Source: Patescibacteria group bacterium (GTDB taxonomy: Bacteria > Patescibacteriota > Minisyncoccia > Phycocordibacterales > UBA9973). Taken from it: a stretch of DNA of 64,000 nt. Every line of letters begins with the position of its first letter. The first letter of the stretch is position 1. Position numbers and translations under genes: made by a program. Of this stretch, positions 17,280-25,490 are shown piece after piece. Location of the stretch: positions 99,668-163,667 of the forward strand of contig JAGWLB010000001.1 in assembly GCA_028865035.1 (NCBI GenBank), read 5' to 3'. The notes below the pieces were generated by a model. It was not told the DNA's origin. It did not search any database and was given only the letters and a program-made list of their open reading frames with translations.

Positions 17280-18473
17280 ATGGTTAAAGCAGTCAGAAAA
17301 CAAAAAATAAAAACCAAAACAAAAATTAAATCTAAACCCAAGATTAAGGCTAAGACTAAAGTTAAGGCTAAAGCCAAAACCAAAAAGAAAATAATTAAAA
17401 AAATTATTGTAAAAAGAAAAATAAAAAAAGTTGTCACAAAAAAAAGAAAAATTCTCAAAAAAGAAGAACAACTTACTAAACTAAAAAAACATTCGAATAA
17501 TCCCATTATTAAACCAAGTTATTATCAATGGGAATCTAAAGCTACTTTTAATCCTAGTGCTTTTGAAGCAAACGGTAAAGTTTACATTCTTTATCGTGCT
17601 GTTGGAGATAATGATTTATCTGTCCTAGGTTACGCGTCAAGCTATGATGGCCTCAACATAGAAGATAGGCCAACGTACGCTGTCTATCAAAGAAAAAATG
17701 AAATTGAAAATTTTGGATTATCAATAGATTATATCTCAGGAGGAGGAGGAAATGGTGGCTGTGAAGATCCAAGGTTAACGAGGATAGGTGATACTATATA
17801 TATGCTCTACACAGCTTTCGATGGCTGGAGTTCTGTACGTATAGCACTTACTTCAATAAAGTTAGACGATTTCAAAAAGAAAAAATGGAATTGGGAAAAA
17901 CCAATATTGCTTTCTCCACCAGGAGAAATACAAAAAAGCTGGGTACTCTTTCCAGAAAAGATTAATGGAAAATTTGCAATACTACATAGTATTTCACCTC
18001 AAATATTGATTGATTATATAGATGATTGGAATGATTTCAGAAATAATAAATTTATAGAAAGCATTTCTCATGAAGATAGAGAAAGGAATGTTTTAGAGAC
18101 TGGAATTAGAGGAGTAGGTCCAAGCCCTATAAAAACCAAACTAGGTTGGTTAGTACTGTATCACGCAATAGAGAAAAATGATCCAGGAAGATATAAATTA
18201 TTTGCTTTAGTTTTAGATTATAAAAATCCTAAAAATGTTATCTATCGTTCTGCTTATCCGATACTTGAACCAGAAAAAGCATACGAGAATGAAGGTCTTA
18301 AGTGGGGAGTGATTTATTCTTGTGGCGCGGTTGTTAAAGATGGAACTCTTTTTGTTTATTATGGTGGATCTGATCAATTTGTCTGTGTTGCTTCAATCGA
18401 GCTCGATAAATTATTAGATTCCCTTAAGAGAGAAAAAAAGGTTACACTTAAGAATAATAAAATATTAAAATAA
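17280..18473 (+). CDS. GH130 family glycoside phosphorylase (beta-mannoside phosphorylase-like) with a ~70-aa Lys-rich N-terminal extension
   Basis: NPIIKPSYYQWESKATFNPSAFEANGKVYILYRAVGDNDLSVLGYASSYDGLNIEDR and CEDPRLTRIGDTIYMLYTA are GH130 signatures. The first ~70 residues are KxK repeats. Confidence 0.75.
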   Translation: MVKAVRKQKIKTKTKIKSKPKIKAKTKVKAKAKTKKKIIKKIIVKRKIKKVVTKKRKILKKEEQLTKLKKHSNNPIIKPSYYQWESKATFNPSAFEANGKVYILYRAVGDNDLSVLGYASSYDGLNIEDRPTYAVYQRKNEIENFGLSIDYISGGGGNGGCEDPRLTRIGDTIYMLYTAFDGWSSVRIALTSIKLDDFKKKKWNWEKPILLSPPGEIQKSWVLFPEKINGKFAILHSISPQILIDYIDDWNDFRNNKFIESISHEDRERNVLETGIRGVGPSPIKTKLGWLVLYHAIEKNDPGRYKLFALVLDYKNPKNVIYRSAYPILEPEKAYENEGLKWGVIYSCGAVVKDGTLFVYYGGSDQFVCVASIELDKLLDSLKREKKVTLKNNKILK

Positions 18474-18483
18474 ATATAAACAT

Positions 18484-20424
18484 ATGTACGTAGTTAAAAG
18501 ATCTGTCCATAATCCAATACTTATACCTAATCGTGATCATTACTGGGAAGCGTTTGCGACTTTTAATATGTGTCCAATAAAAATTGGTAAAGTTACTTAC
18601 GGATTATATAGAGCAATTTCAGCTGTAGATCAAATGGCAATTCAGAAACAAATATCTACCATAGGTATAGGTAAGAGTCGTGATGGTATTCATTTTGAAG
18701 ATAGAGAGCCATTTATTGTTCCGGTTGAAGAATGGGAAGCTCATGGATGTGAAGACCCTCGTATTACATACTTCGAAGGAAAATATTACATATTTTATAC
18801 AGCCCTTTCGAGATATCCATTTGGACCAGAAGGAATAAAAGTTGCTGTTGCAGTCTCTAATGATTTAAAGAAAGTAAATGAACGTCATTTTGTGACACCT
18901 TTTAACGCAAAGGCTATGACATTGTTTCCAAAACGCATAAATGGCAAAATAACTGTCATTTTTTCAGCACATACAGATAGTCCTCCAGCTAAAATGTCTA
19001 TTGCTCAAGTAGACCATATGGAACAACTTTGGGATATAGATTTCTGGGAAGAATGGATAAAAAATATAGATGAACACACTATCAGTTTTCGTCGTACACA
19101 ATACGACCATCTAGAAGTTGGAGCACCACCAATACTTACTAAATATGGATGGTTACTTGTATATTCACATATACAAAATTATTTTCCATCACCAGAGAAA
19201 CTTGATCGTATTTTTGGTATTGAAGCGCTTCTGTTAGATAAAAATGATTTAACAAAAGTAATAGGTAGAACGAAAGGACCAATACTAGCACCGAACGAGC
19301 CATACGAGTTGTCTGGGTATGTGAATGATGTAGTATTCCCAACTGGAGCATTAGTGAATAAAGATATACTTACTATTTACTATGGAGCAGCTGATACTAC
19401 AACTTGTACTGCACACGTAAACTTAAATGATTTGATATTCAGTATGTGTCCAGATAAATTTCCAGATTTTCAATTTAAACGCTCAGCAAAAAATCCTATA
19501 ATCTCTCCCAAAAGTGAAAATGATTGGGAATCAAAAGCGACTTTCAATCCAGCCGCAATATATCTCGGAGGCAAAACACACATCTTATACAGAACTCTTT
19601 CTGGTGATAACACTTCATATATAGGTTATGCTTCAAGTAAAGATGGAATTAATTTAATTGAAAGATTAAATTCTCCTATATATGTACCACGCGAGGATTT
19701 TGAAAAGAAAAAAATTTCTGGAGGTAACTCAGGTTGTGAAGATCCAAGAATAACTCAAATAGGGAAAAATCTTTATATCTGTTACACCGCTTACGACAGT
19801 ATCGGCCCACCACACGTTGCTATCTCTTCTATAACAGTTAAAGATTTTTTAGCTCACAAATGGAACTGGACTAAACCAGCACTTGTGACGCCTCCTGCTT
19901 TTGATGATAAAGATACTTGTTTGTTTCCAGAGAAATTAAAAAATGGATACTTTATTCTACATCGTGTGGGGAATGATATTTGTGGTGATTATCTTAAATC
20001 ACTTGATTTTGAGAAGAATATGGTTCACAAATGCATTCGAGTTCTTGCTCCACGCTTAAATTCTTGGGACAGTGCTAAAGTTGGTATCACAGCTCCACCG
20101 ATAAAAACAAAATATGGTTGGTTGTTGCTTTATCATGGAGTATCAAAGAGTCACGGTACCTATCGTGTCGGAGCGGTACTTCTTGATCTGAAAGATCCAG
20201 GTATTATCCTTTCGCAAAGCACGGATCCTATTTTTGAACCGATTGAATCTTACGAGAAGGTTGGTATTGTTAATAATGTTGTATTTCCTTGCGGAATGGT
20301 CCGCAAAGGGGACTTGCTATATATATATTACGGCGGAGGAGATAAGGTTGTAGGTGTTGCTACGATGAAATTTTCAACAATTCTCTCTGCCCTTGTTCAC
20401 GGGAAACGTTTTAATGATAAATAA
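18484..20424 (+). CDS. Tandem-duplicated GH130 glycoside phosphorylase (two complete GH130 domains in one 646-aa protein)
   Basis: Domain 1: HNPILIPNRDHYWEAFATFN...GCEDPRITYFEGKYYIFYTA. Domain 2: KNPIISPKSENDWESKATFNPAAIYLGGKTHILYR...GCEDPRITQIGKNLYICYTA. Confidence 0.75.
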   Translation: MYVVKRSVHNPILIPNRDHYWEAFATFNMCPIKIGKVTYGLYRAISAVDQMAIQKQISTIGIGKSRDGIHFEDREPFIVPVEEWEAHGCEDPRITYFEGKYYIFYTALSRYPFGPEGIKVAVAVSNDLKKVNERHFVTPFNAKAMTLFPKRINGKITVIFSAHTDSPPAKMSIAQVDHMEQLWDIDFWEEWIKNIDEHTISFRRTQYDHLEVGAPPILTKYGWLLVYSHIQNYFPSPEKLDRIFGIEALLLDKNDLTKVIGRTKGPILAPNEPYELSGYVNDVVFPTGALVNKDILTIYYGAADTTTCTAHVNLNDLIFSMCPDKFPDFQFKRSAKNPIISPKSENDWESKATFNPAAIYLGGKTHILYRTLSGDNTSYIGYASSKDGINLIERLNSPIYVPREDFEKKKISGGNSGCEDPRITQIGKNLYICYTAYDSIGPPHVAISSITVKDFLAHKWNWTKPALVTPPAFDDKDTCLFPEKLKNGYFILHRVGNDICGDYLKSLDFEKNMVHKCIRVLAPRLNSWDSAKVGITAPPIKTKYGWLLLYHGVSKSHGTYRVGAVLLDLKDPGIILSQSTDPIFEPIESYEKVGIVNNVVFPCGMVRKGDLLYIYYGGGDKVVGVATMKFSTILSALVHGKRFNDK

Positions 20425-20450
20425 AATATAATACTATGTATTATTAAGTT

Positions 20451-21575
20451 TTAAATAATTTTCAAAACTACTATTTCAGAATGTGTTCCTATTCTCATAG
20501 GGATAAATGTCATACCTGTACCACTAGTTGTGATAGCAACATTTTCTTTTGTATATGTAACTCCGTATGATTGTGATTTGTAAATACTTTTAAGAATAAG
20601 ATTAAATGGGAAAAATTGTCCATCGTGTGTATGCCCAGATGCTATAAGAGATATACCCAGATCAGCTAAAGATATATTATTCTTAGGGTAGTGCAGAAGT
20701 AAAATGGAAGGTATGTTAGTATCATATCCTAAATCTTTAATTCTATTTTTTATTTCTTCTGCGGATTCATTTTGATTAAAAGAAGCACCGATTATTTGAG
20801 TGTCGTTTATTATTTTTATTGAGTTGGTCATATCTACAATATTTTTCGGAAATGCTTTACGGAATGAATCATAGTCTTGGCTATATCGTTCATGATTACC
20901 TTCAACATAAAAGAATCCAAGAGGTGGATTTAATGTTTCAAAATATTTGAAACTTTTTTCGTAATTAAAAATTGGTCCGTCAATAATATCACCGACATGG
21001 AGCACTATGTCAGGATTTTCTTTTTTAATTAATTGAATCATCTTTTTTGAAAATCTAGATCTTTGCATATGCCCTAGATGAGTATCTGATATTAAAACTA
21101 TTTTTTTATCAACCCAATTTTTCTTGAGTGAATTTGACTTAATCTCTTTGTTTATTATTTTTATATTAAAAGCATTCCAAACACCATATACAACTAAAAT
21201 GCTGGCAATAGCAAAAATAGCTACACTTACAGTATTAGTAGATACTTGTATATGTAGGTAATAGTTCATCCATATATAAAGTGTCATCAATAAACTACCT
21301 ATAAATAGATAAATCAAAAGAGAAAACCAAATGGCACTCAATATATACAAGAATGATCCTAATTTTGAAAAGTGCTTAAAGCCAATTAAAGTAGTAATTA
21401 TGAGAAGTAGCGGAAATATAAATAGACAAATAGTAAATATATGAGAAAGTACTACATTTGAATTATATAATGCTTCTCTGAATGAAGAATAAATACTATA
21501 TTCCCAAATAACAACGACCCCTAATATAACTAGTATTATTAATAATATCTTAAAGTTTTTTCTGATAATTTGCAT
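20451..21575 (-). CDS. Membrane-anchored calcineurin-like metallophosphoesterase
   Basis: N-terminal TM helices then ISDTHLGH, GDIIDG, GNHE, GHTHDGQ. Confidence 0.75.
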   Translation of the reverse strand: MQIIRKNFKILLIILVILGVVVIWEYSIYSSFREALYNSNVVLSHIFTICLFIFPLLLIITTLIGFKHFSKLGSFLYILSAIWFSLLIYLFIGSLLMTLYIWMNYYLHIQVSTNTVSVAIFAIASILVVYGVWNAFNIKIINKEIKSNSLKKNWVDKKIVLISDTHLGHMQRSRFSKKMIQLIKKENPDIVLHVGDIIDGPIFNYEKSFKYFETLNPPLGFFYVEGNHERYSQDYDSFRKAFPKNIVDMTNSIKIINDTQIIGASFNQNESAEEIKNRIKDLGYDTNIPSILLLHYPKNNISLADLGISLIASGHTHDGQFFPFNLILKSIYKSQSYGVTYTKENVAITTSGTGMTFIPMRIGTHSEIVVLKII

Positions 21576-21800
21576 ATTTTTATGTACATAAAGGTACTTA
21601 ATTGTTGCAGAACCTGCCTATAGTATACTCTAAAACAACAATAAAAATTATAATTTTTTGTCTATCTCGAAATTATTAAAATCATGTCCTGTTTTACTGC
21701 CTGAAAGCTATTTATAGAACGATTTTTCGCTCGTTGTGTATTTTTAGGGTTGACGTAATTAGCGAGGTAGTACATACTTGTGCTTTTTGTCACTATACAC

Positions 21801-21830
21801 TTGTTATCAAACTTGATATGAGAGTATAAT
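21801..21830 (+). promoter_or_regulatory. Putative sigma-70 promoter for nrdJ (-35 TTGTTA, 18-nt spacer, -10 TATAAT), overlapped by two ACTTGT-containing direct repeats
   Basis: TATAAT at 21825-21830; repeats TACATACTTGTGC and TATACACTTGTTA 21 bp apart. Confidence 0.35.
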
Positions 21831-21878
21831 ATATTCCCAAGGTCATCGGTAACAAATTATCAGTTAAAATTTAATAAT

Positions 21879-24212
21879 ATGCCTTCAAAAAAAAGAGTTG
21901 TAAGTACAAAAAAAGTCGACACTAAAAAAGTTTCCTCGCAAACTACAAAAATTTCTAACAAGAATTATTTTATTAAAAGCATTCAAAAAAGAGATGGTAC
22001 AAATGTTCCTTTTGACATCGAAAAGATAGTTAATGCTATTAATAAAGCAATGCTTGCAGCGAATGAAGGGTCTATCAAAGAAGCAGAAGCTGTCGCTAAG
22101 AAAGTTTTGGCTGAAATTGAATTTTTCGCCAAGAAAAATAAGGATTTTATCCCTACAGTTGAGATTATTCAAGATACTGTAGAGAAGCATTTAATGCTCT
22201 CCGACTATGTTAAGACATCGAAGAACTACATTCTTTTCCGAGAAGAAAGAGCTCGCTTACGTTCTCATGGTGTTTCTGTTCCTGAGCACGTAAAAAAGTT
22301 AACCGATGAAAGTAAAAAATATTTTAGAAACCCACTTTCTGAATTTGTTTATTATCGAACTTACGCCAAATGGATTGAAGAAGAGGGTAGAAGAGAAACT
22401 TGGATAGAGACAGTTGATCGTTATATAAATTTTATGAAAGGGAAGCTTGGAAATACTTTGAAAGATTCTGAATACAAAGAAGTGCGTGAAGCTATCTTAA
22501 AACAAGAAGCAATGCCTTCAATGCGTCTAATGCAATTTGCAGGTGCAGCTGCAGAGAAAACAAATGTCTGCGCTTATAACTGTTCTTTTGTTGCTCCATC
22601 ATCGTTTCAAGATTTTGGCGACATAGTTTATATCTCAATGTGTGGCACAGGAGTTGGTTTCTCTGTTGAAAGTAAGAATATACAATCTCTTCCTCAAATA
22701 AAAATTCAAAATGGTAAAAAAATACCTACTTATGTAGTGCCTGATACCAAAGAAGGCTGGGCAGACGCTTTGGTTTTTGGTATGAAGACTTGGTTTGATG
22801 GCAACGATGTGGATTTTGATTTCTCTCTACTTCGTCCTGCAGGAGCAAGACTTAAAATAATGGGTGGTAAAAGTTCAGGTCCTCAACCACTGATAGATTT
22901 GTTAGGTTTTACTAGAGAGCGTATTTTACGTCGTCAAGGAAGGCACTTAAGGAATATCGATGCTCATGACATTATATGTAAAATAGGTGAATGTGTCGTT
23001 TCGGGTGGTGTTCGCCGAAGCGCCCTTATTTCACTGTCTGATTTAGATGACCAAGATATGCGTGATGCTAAAAACGGCCAATTCTGGCTTAACGAAGGTC
23101 AAAGAATGCTTGCTAATAATTCAGCTGTTTATAATACCAAGCCAACTGAAACTGAATTTTTGAAAGAATGGATTTCTCTTATGGAATCAGGAACTGGAGA
23201 AAGAGGAATCTTTAATCGTGGGTCACTATATAACTCATTGCCAAAGCGACGCTTAGAGGTATCAAAGAATTATATTGGTGAAATGGGTACTAATCCTTGT
23301 GGAGAAATAATTTTACGATCAAGGCAATTCTGTAACCTTTCTGAAGTAGTTGCTCGTACAGATGATACCGAGGAGTCTCTTATGAGAAAAATCCGAGTTG
23401 CAACTATCCTTGGTACTTACCAGTCTACTCTTACAAAATTAGGTTATCTTTCTAAAGCTTGGAAAGATAATTGCGAAGAAGAACGCTTGCTAGGCGTATC
23501 TATTACTGGTCAATGGGATTCAAAAGTTGCTCGCGATCCAGATGTTCTAAAGAGATTAAAGAATGAAACAATTCGTCTTAACAAGATTTACGCCAAGAAG
23601 TTCGGCATAAACGAATCAACTTGTATTACTTGTATTAAACCATCAGGTACTGTTTCTCAAACTGTCGATTGTGCTTCGGGTATGCATCCTCGTCACGCTC
23701 CTTACTATATACGCCGAGTTCGTATCTCAGCCAATGATGCTCTATTTAAAATGCTAAAAGATCAAGGAGTACCATTCCACCCAGAAGTAGGACAGACTCT
23801 TGAGAATGCTACTACCTTTGTTCTCGAGTTTCCTATGAAGTCACCAGAAGGAGCAATTTGTAAAGACGATATATCTGCTATTGAGCAATTAGAACACTGG
23901 AAAATAGTGAAAGTAAATTACACTGAACATAATCCATCAGTAACTGTCTCGGTAGGTGAGAATGAATGGATACAAGTAGCACATTGGTTATATCAAAATT
24001 GGGATATTGTCGGAGGCCTTTCTTTCTTGCCTAGGAATAATCATATCTACCAACTAGCTCCATATGAAACAATCGATGAGAAAAAATACAATGAATTAAT
24101 GAAAAAAATGCCAGATTTTGATTTCTCAAAAATTATTAAATACGAAATCAAAGACGAGACTGAAGTTAAAAGAGAGCTTGCCTGTGTTGCCGGAGTTTGT
24201 GATATAGTTTAA
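21879..24212 (+). CDS. nrdJ: Class II (adenosylcobalamin-dependent) ribonucleotide reductase with an N-terminal ATP-cone
   Basis: ATP-cone (IQKRDGTNVPFDIEKIVNAINKA); NPCGEIILRSRQFCNLSEV active-site region; C-terminal CVAGVCDIV redox cysteines. Confidence 0.8.
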   Translation: MPSKKRVVSTKKVDTKKVSSQTTKISNKNYFIKSIQKRDGTNVPFDIEKIVNAINKAMLAANEGSIKEAEAVAKKVLAEIEFFAKKNKDFIPTVEIIQDTVEKHLMLSDYVKTSKNYILFREERARLRSHGVSVPEHVKKLTDESKKYFRNPLSEFVYYRTYAKWIEEEGRRETWIETVDRYINFMKGKLGNTLKDSEYKEVREAILKQEAMPSMRLMQFAGAAAEKTNVCAYNCSFVAPSSFQDFGDIVYISMCGTGVGFSVESKNIQSLPQIKIQNGKKIPTYVVPDTKEGWADALVFGMKTWFDGNDVDFDFSLLRPAGARLKIMGGKSSGPQPLIDLLGFTRERILRRQGRHLRNIDAHDIICKIGECVVSGGVRRSALISLSDLDDQDMRDAKNGQFWLNEGQRMLANNSAVYNTKPTETEFLKEWISLMESGTGERGIFNRGSLYNSLPKRRLEVSKNYIGEMGTNPCGEIILRSRQFCNLSEVVARTDDTEESLMRKIRVATILGTYQSTLTKLGYLSKAWKDNCEEERLLGVSITGQWDSKVARDPDVLKRLKNETIRLNKIYAKKFGINESTCITCIKPSGTVSQTVDCASGMHPRHAPYYIRRVRISANDALFKMLKDQGVPFHPEVGQTLENATTFVLEFPMKSPEGAICKDDISAIEQLEHWKIVKVNYTEHNPSVTVSVGENEWIQVAHWLYQNWDIVGGLSFLPRNNHIYQLAPYETIDEKKYNELMKKMPDFDFSKIIKYEIKDETEVKRELACVAGVCDIV

Positions 24213-24223
24213 TCTATAAATAT

Positions 24224-24745
24224 ATGAAAAAAAATTGGTTTAAATATACATTTACTTTTATAATGGTTCTTGCTCTGCGATTAATACCGTTTCGTACTCC
24301 AAACGTCGAACCGATAATGGCTGCTCAAATGCCATTCGGTAAGGTTTATGGTAAATTATCCGCTTTCCTATTTGGGGCGCTTAGTATCGTTGTCTATGAT
24401 AGTTTAACTTCAGGTATAGGTATGTGGACAGTAATTACAGCGTTAGCTTATGGATTAGTTGGTTTAGGGGCGGGTGTTTACTTCAAGAACAGAGGGGGTT
24501 GGAAGAGCTATGCTACTTACGCCGTAATTGCTACGATTCTTTATGATGCTGCAACCGGCTTAACTCTAGGTCCATTATTTTTCGGTCAATCATTGAGCGG
24601 TGCTTTAATAGGACAGATTCCATTCACAGCTCTTCACTTGCTTGGCAACGTTTCATTTGCTATTATACTTTCACCAGTAATAGAAACGTGGTCAGCAAAG
24701 AAAAGAGAAGTTGCTGTTCAAGTTTTAAACCCAGTAGTGTTGTAG
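24224..24745 (+). CDS. Small 5-6-TM membrane protein, possibly an ECF-transporter S-component-like substrate-capture protein
   Basis: 173 aa, Gly-rich TM helices; function inferred only from its position between the B12-dependent RNR and the B12-binding-type genes. Confidence 0.25.
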   Translation: MKKNWFKYTFTFIMVLALRLIPFRTPNVEPIMAAQMPFGKVYGKLSAFLFGALSIVVYDSLTSGIGMWTVITALAYGLVGLGAGVYFKNRGGWKSYATYAVIATILYDAATGLTLGPLFFGQSLSGALIGQIPFTALHLLGNVSFAIILSPVIETWSAKKREVAVQVLNPVVL

Positions 24746-24774
24746 TGTTTCTTTAAAATTTAAACCCATTATAT

Positions 24775-24942
24775 TTGGAAGTGAGGTTCTTGATTTATTA
24801 AATCAAAATTCCTCCACTGTGCCGCAACGGTAATGCCTTATGAAAAGGACAAGTCCGATCTTAATATAGTGATGTATCCCGAGCAGGAGATAGATGCTTT
24901 TATGCATTTACTTTAACTTCTGTCTTGGCAGAAGTTTTTTTG
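24775..24942 (+). promoter_or_regulatory. Candidate cobalamin riboswitch: aptamer about 24775-24900 plus an intrinsic terminator expression platform at 24915-24942, upstream of the DUF4430 gene
   Basis: GGAAgtgaGGTTc[hairpin]AAATTCC tccACtGtGCCGCAACGGTAA matches the conserved core GGGAAnnnGGUGnAAnUCC nnnRCnGnCCCGCAACUGUAA. GAAAAGGAC is GGAAAGGUG-like. CAGGAGA is a partial B12 box. A terminator hairpin lies 20 nt before the ATG. Confidence 0.4.
24915..24942 (+). terminator. Intrinsic terminator hairpin (AACTTCTG-TCTTGG-CAGAAGTT plus T7) 170 nt after the previous stop and 20 nt before the next start; likely a riboswitch attenuator
   Basis: 8-bp stem followed by a T-run. Confidence 0.6.
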
Positions 24943-24961
24943 TTATTAATTTTATTTTATT

Positions 24962-25483
24962 ATGAAAAATAGAAAATATATTTATCTTATAGTTTTATCC
25001 TTATGTCTTTTAGCAATAAGCTTATTTTTACATAATAATTCTCATAAAAAAATACAAACTAAGTTAGCTAGTGTACCAAAATCAGAATCTGTATTACCTG
25101 TAAAAACATCATCAAACGAAACACAGAAAATTGTAAATGAAAATATTCCTAAAGTTACATCTGAAACTCAAACCACACAAGCGTTAAAAAATACAGAAGT
25201 TACTCTTAGCGTATTAGGTAATACATATACTACAAATCTAAAGAACGGAGCAACGGTCTATGATGCAATGCTTAGTATTGAAAATACCAAAGATGATAAT
25301 TTCTCATTTGTAGCTAATAATTATTCAGGTCTAGGTTATTTTGTAGATGAGATTGATGGAGTCAAAGGTTCTCCAGGTAAATATTGGATTTATTATGTTA
25401 ATAATAAGAAAGCATCTGTCGGTGTTTCAAAATATATTCTCAAATCAGGAGATGTAATAAATTGGAAACAAGAAGGTATGTAA
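24962..25483 (+). CDS. Signal-anchored DUF4430-type protein (transcobalamin-like beta-domain; predicted cobalamin-binding)
   Basis: C-terminal ~90 aa ATVYDAML...YSGLGYFVDEIDGVKGSPGKYWIYYVNNKKASVGVSKYILKSGDVINW fits the DUF4430 pattern (G.FV..I.G....YWMYYVNG....GA....L.DGD.I.W). Confidence 0.55.
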   Translation: MKNRKYIYLIVLSLCLLAISLFLHNNSHKKIQTKLASVPKSESVLPVKTSSNETQKIVNENIPKVTSETQTTQALKNTEVTLSVLGNTYTTNLKNGATVYDAMLSIENTKDDNFSFVANNYSGLGYFVDEIDGVKGSPGKYWIYYVNNKKASVGVSKYILKSGDVINWKQEGM

Positions 25484-25490
25484 AATAATT

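Noticed and set aside
16944-17506. Two Phe-rich minus-strand ORFs (175 and 87 aa)
   Set aside because: They are the reverse complement of the Lys-codon-rich (AAA/AAG) 5' region of the GH130 gene and the cupin gene 3' end; low-complexity artefacts.
21600-21625. B12-box-like GAACCTGCC upstream of nrdJ (possible cobalamin riboswitch controlling the RNR)
   Set aside because: Only the 3' 8-mer resembles the B12 box. No GGGAA/GGUG/CCCGC core upstream. Repressing a B12-dependent enzyme with B12 would be illogical. It sits at the divergent-promoter edge of the minus-strand phosphoesterase gene.
21771-21806. NrdR operator boxes in the nrdJ promoter
   Set aside because: The two elements are direct ACTTGT-type repeats, not the 16-bp palindromic NrdR box. 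No nrdR gene is seen in the window. Kept only as a note under the promoter feature.
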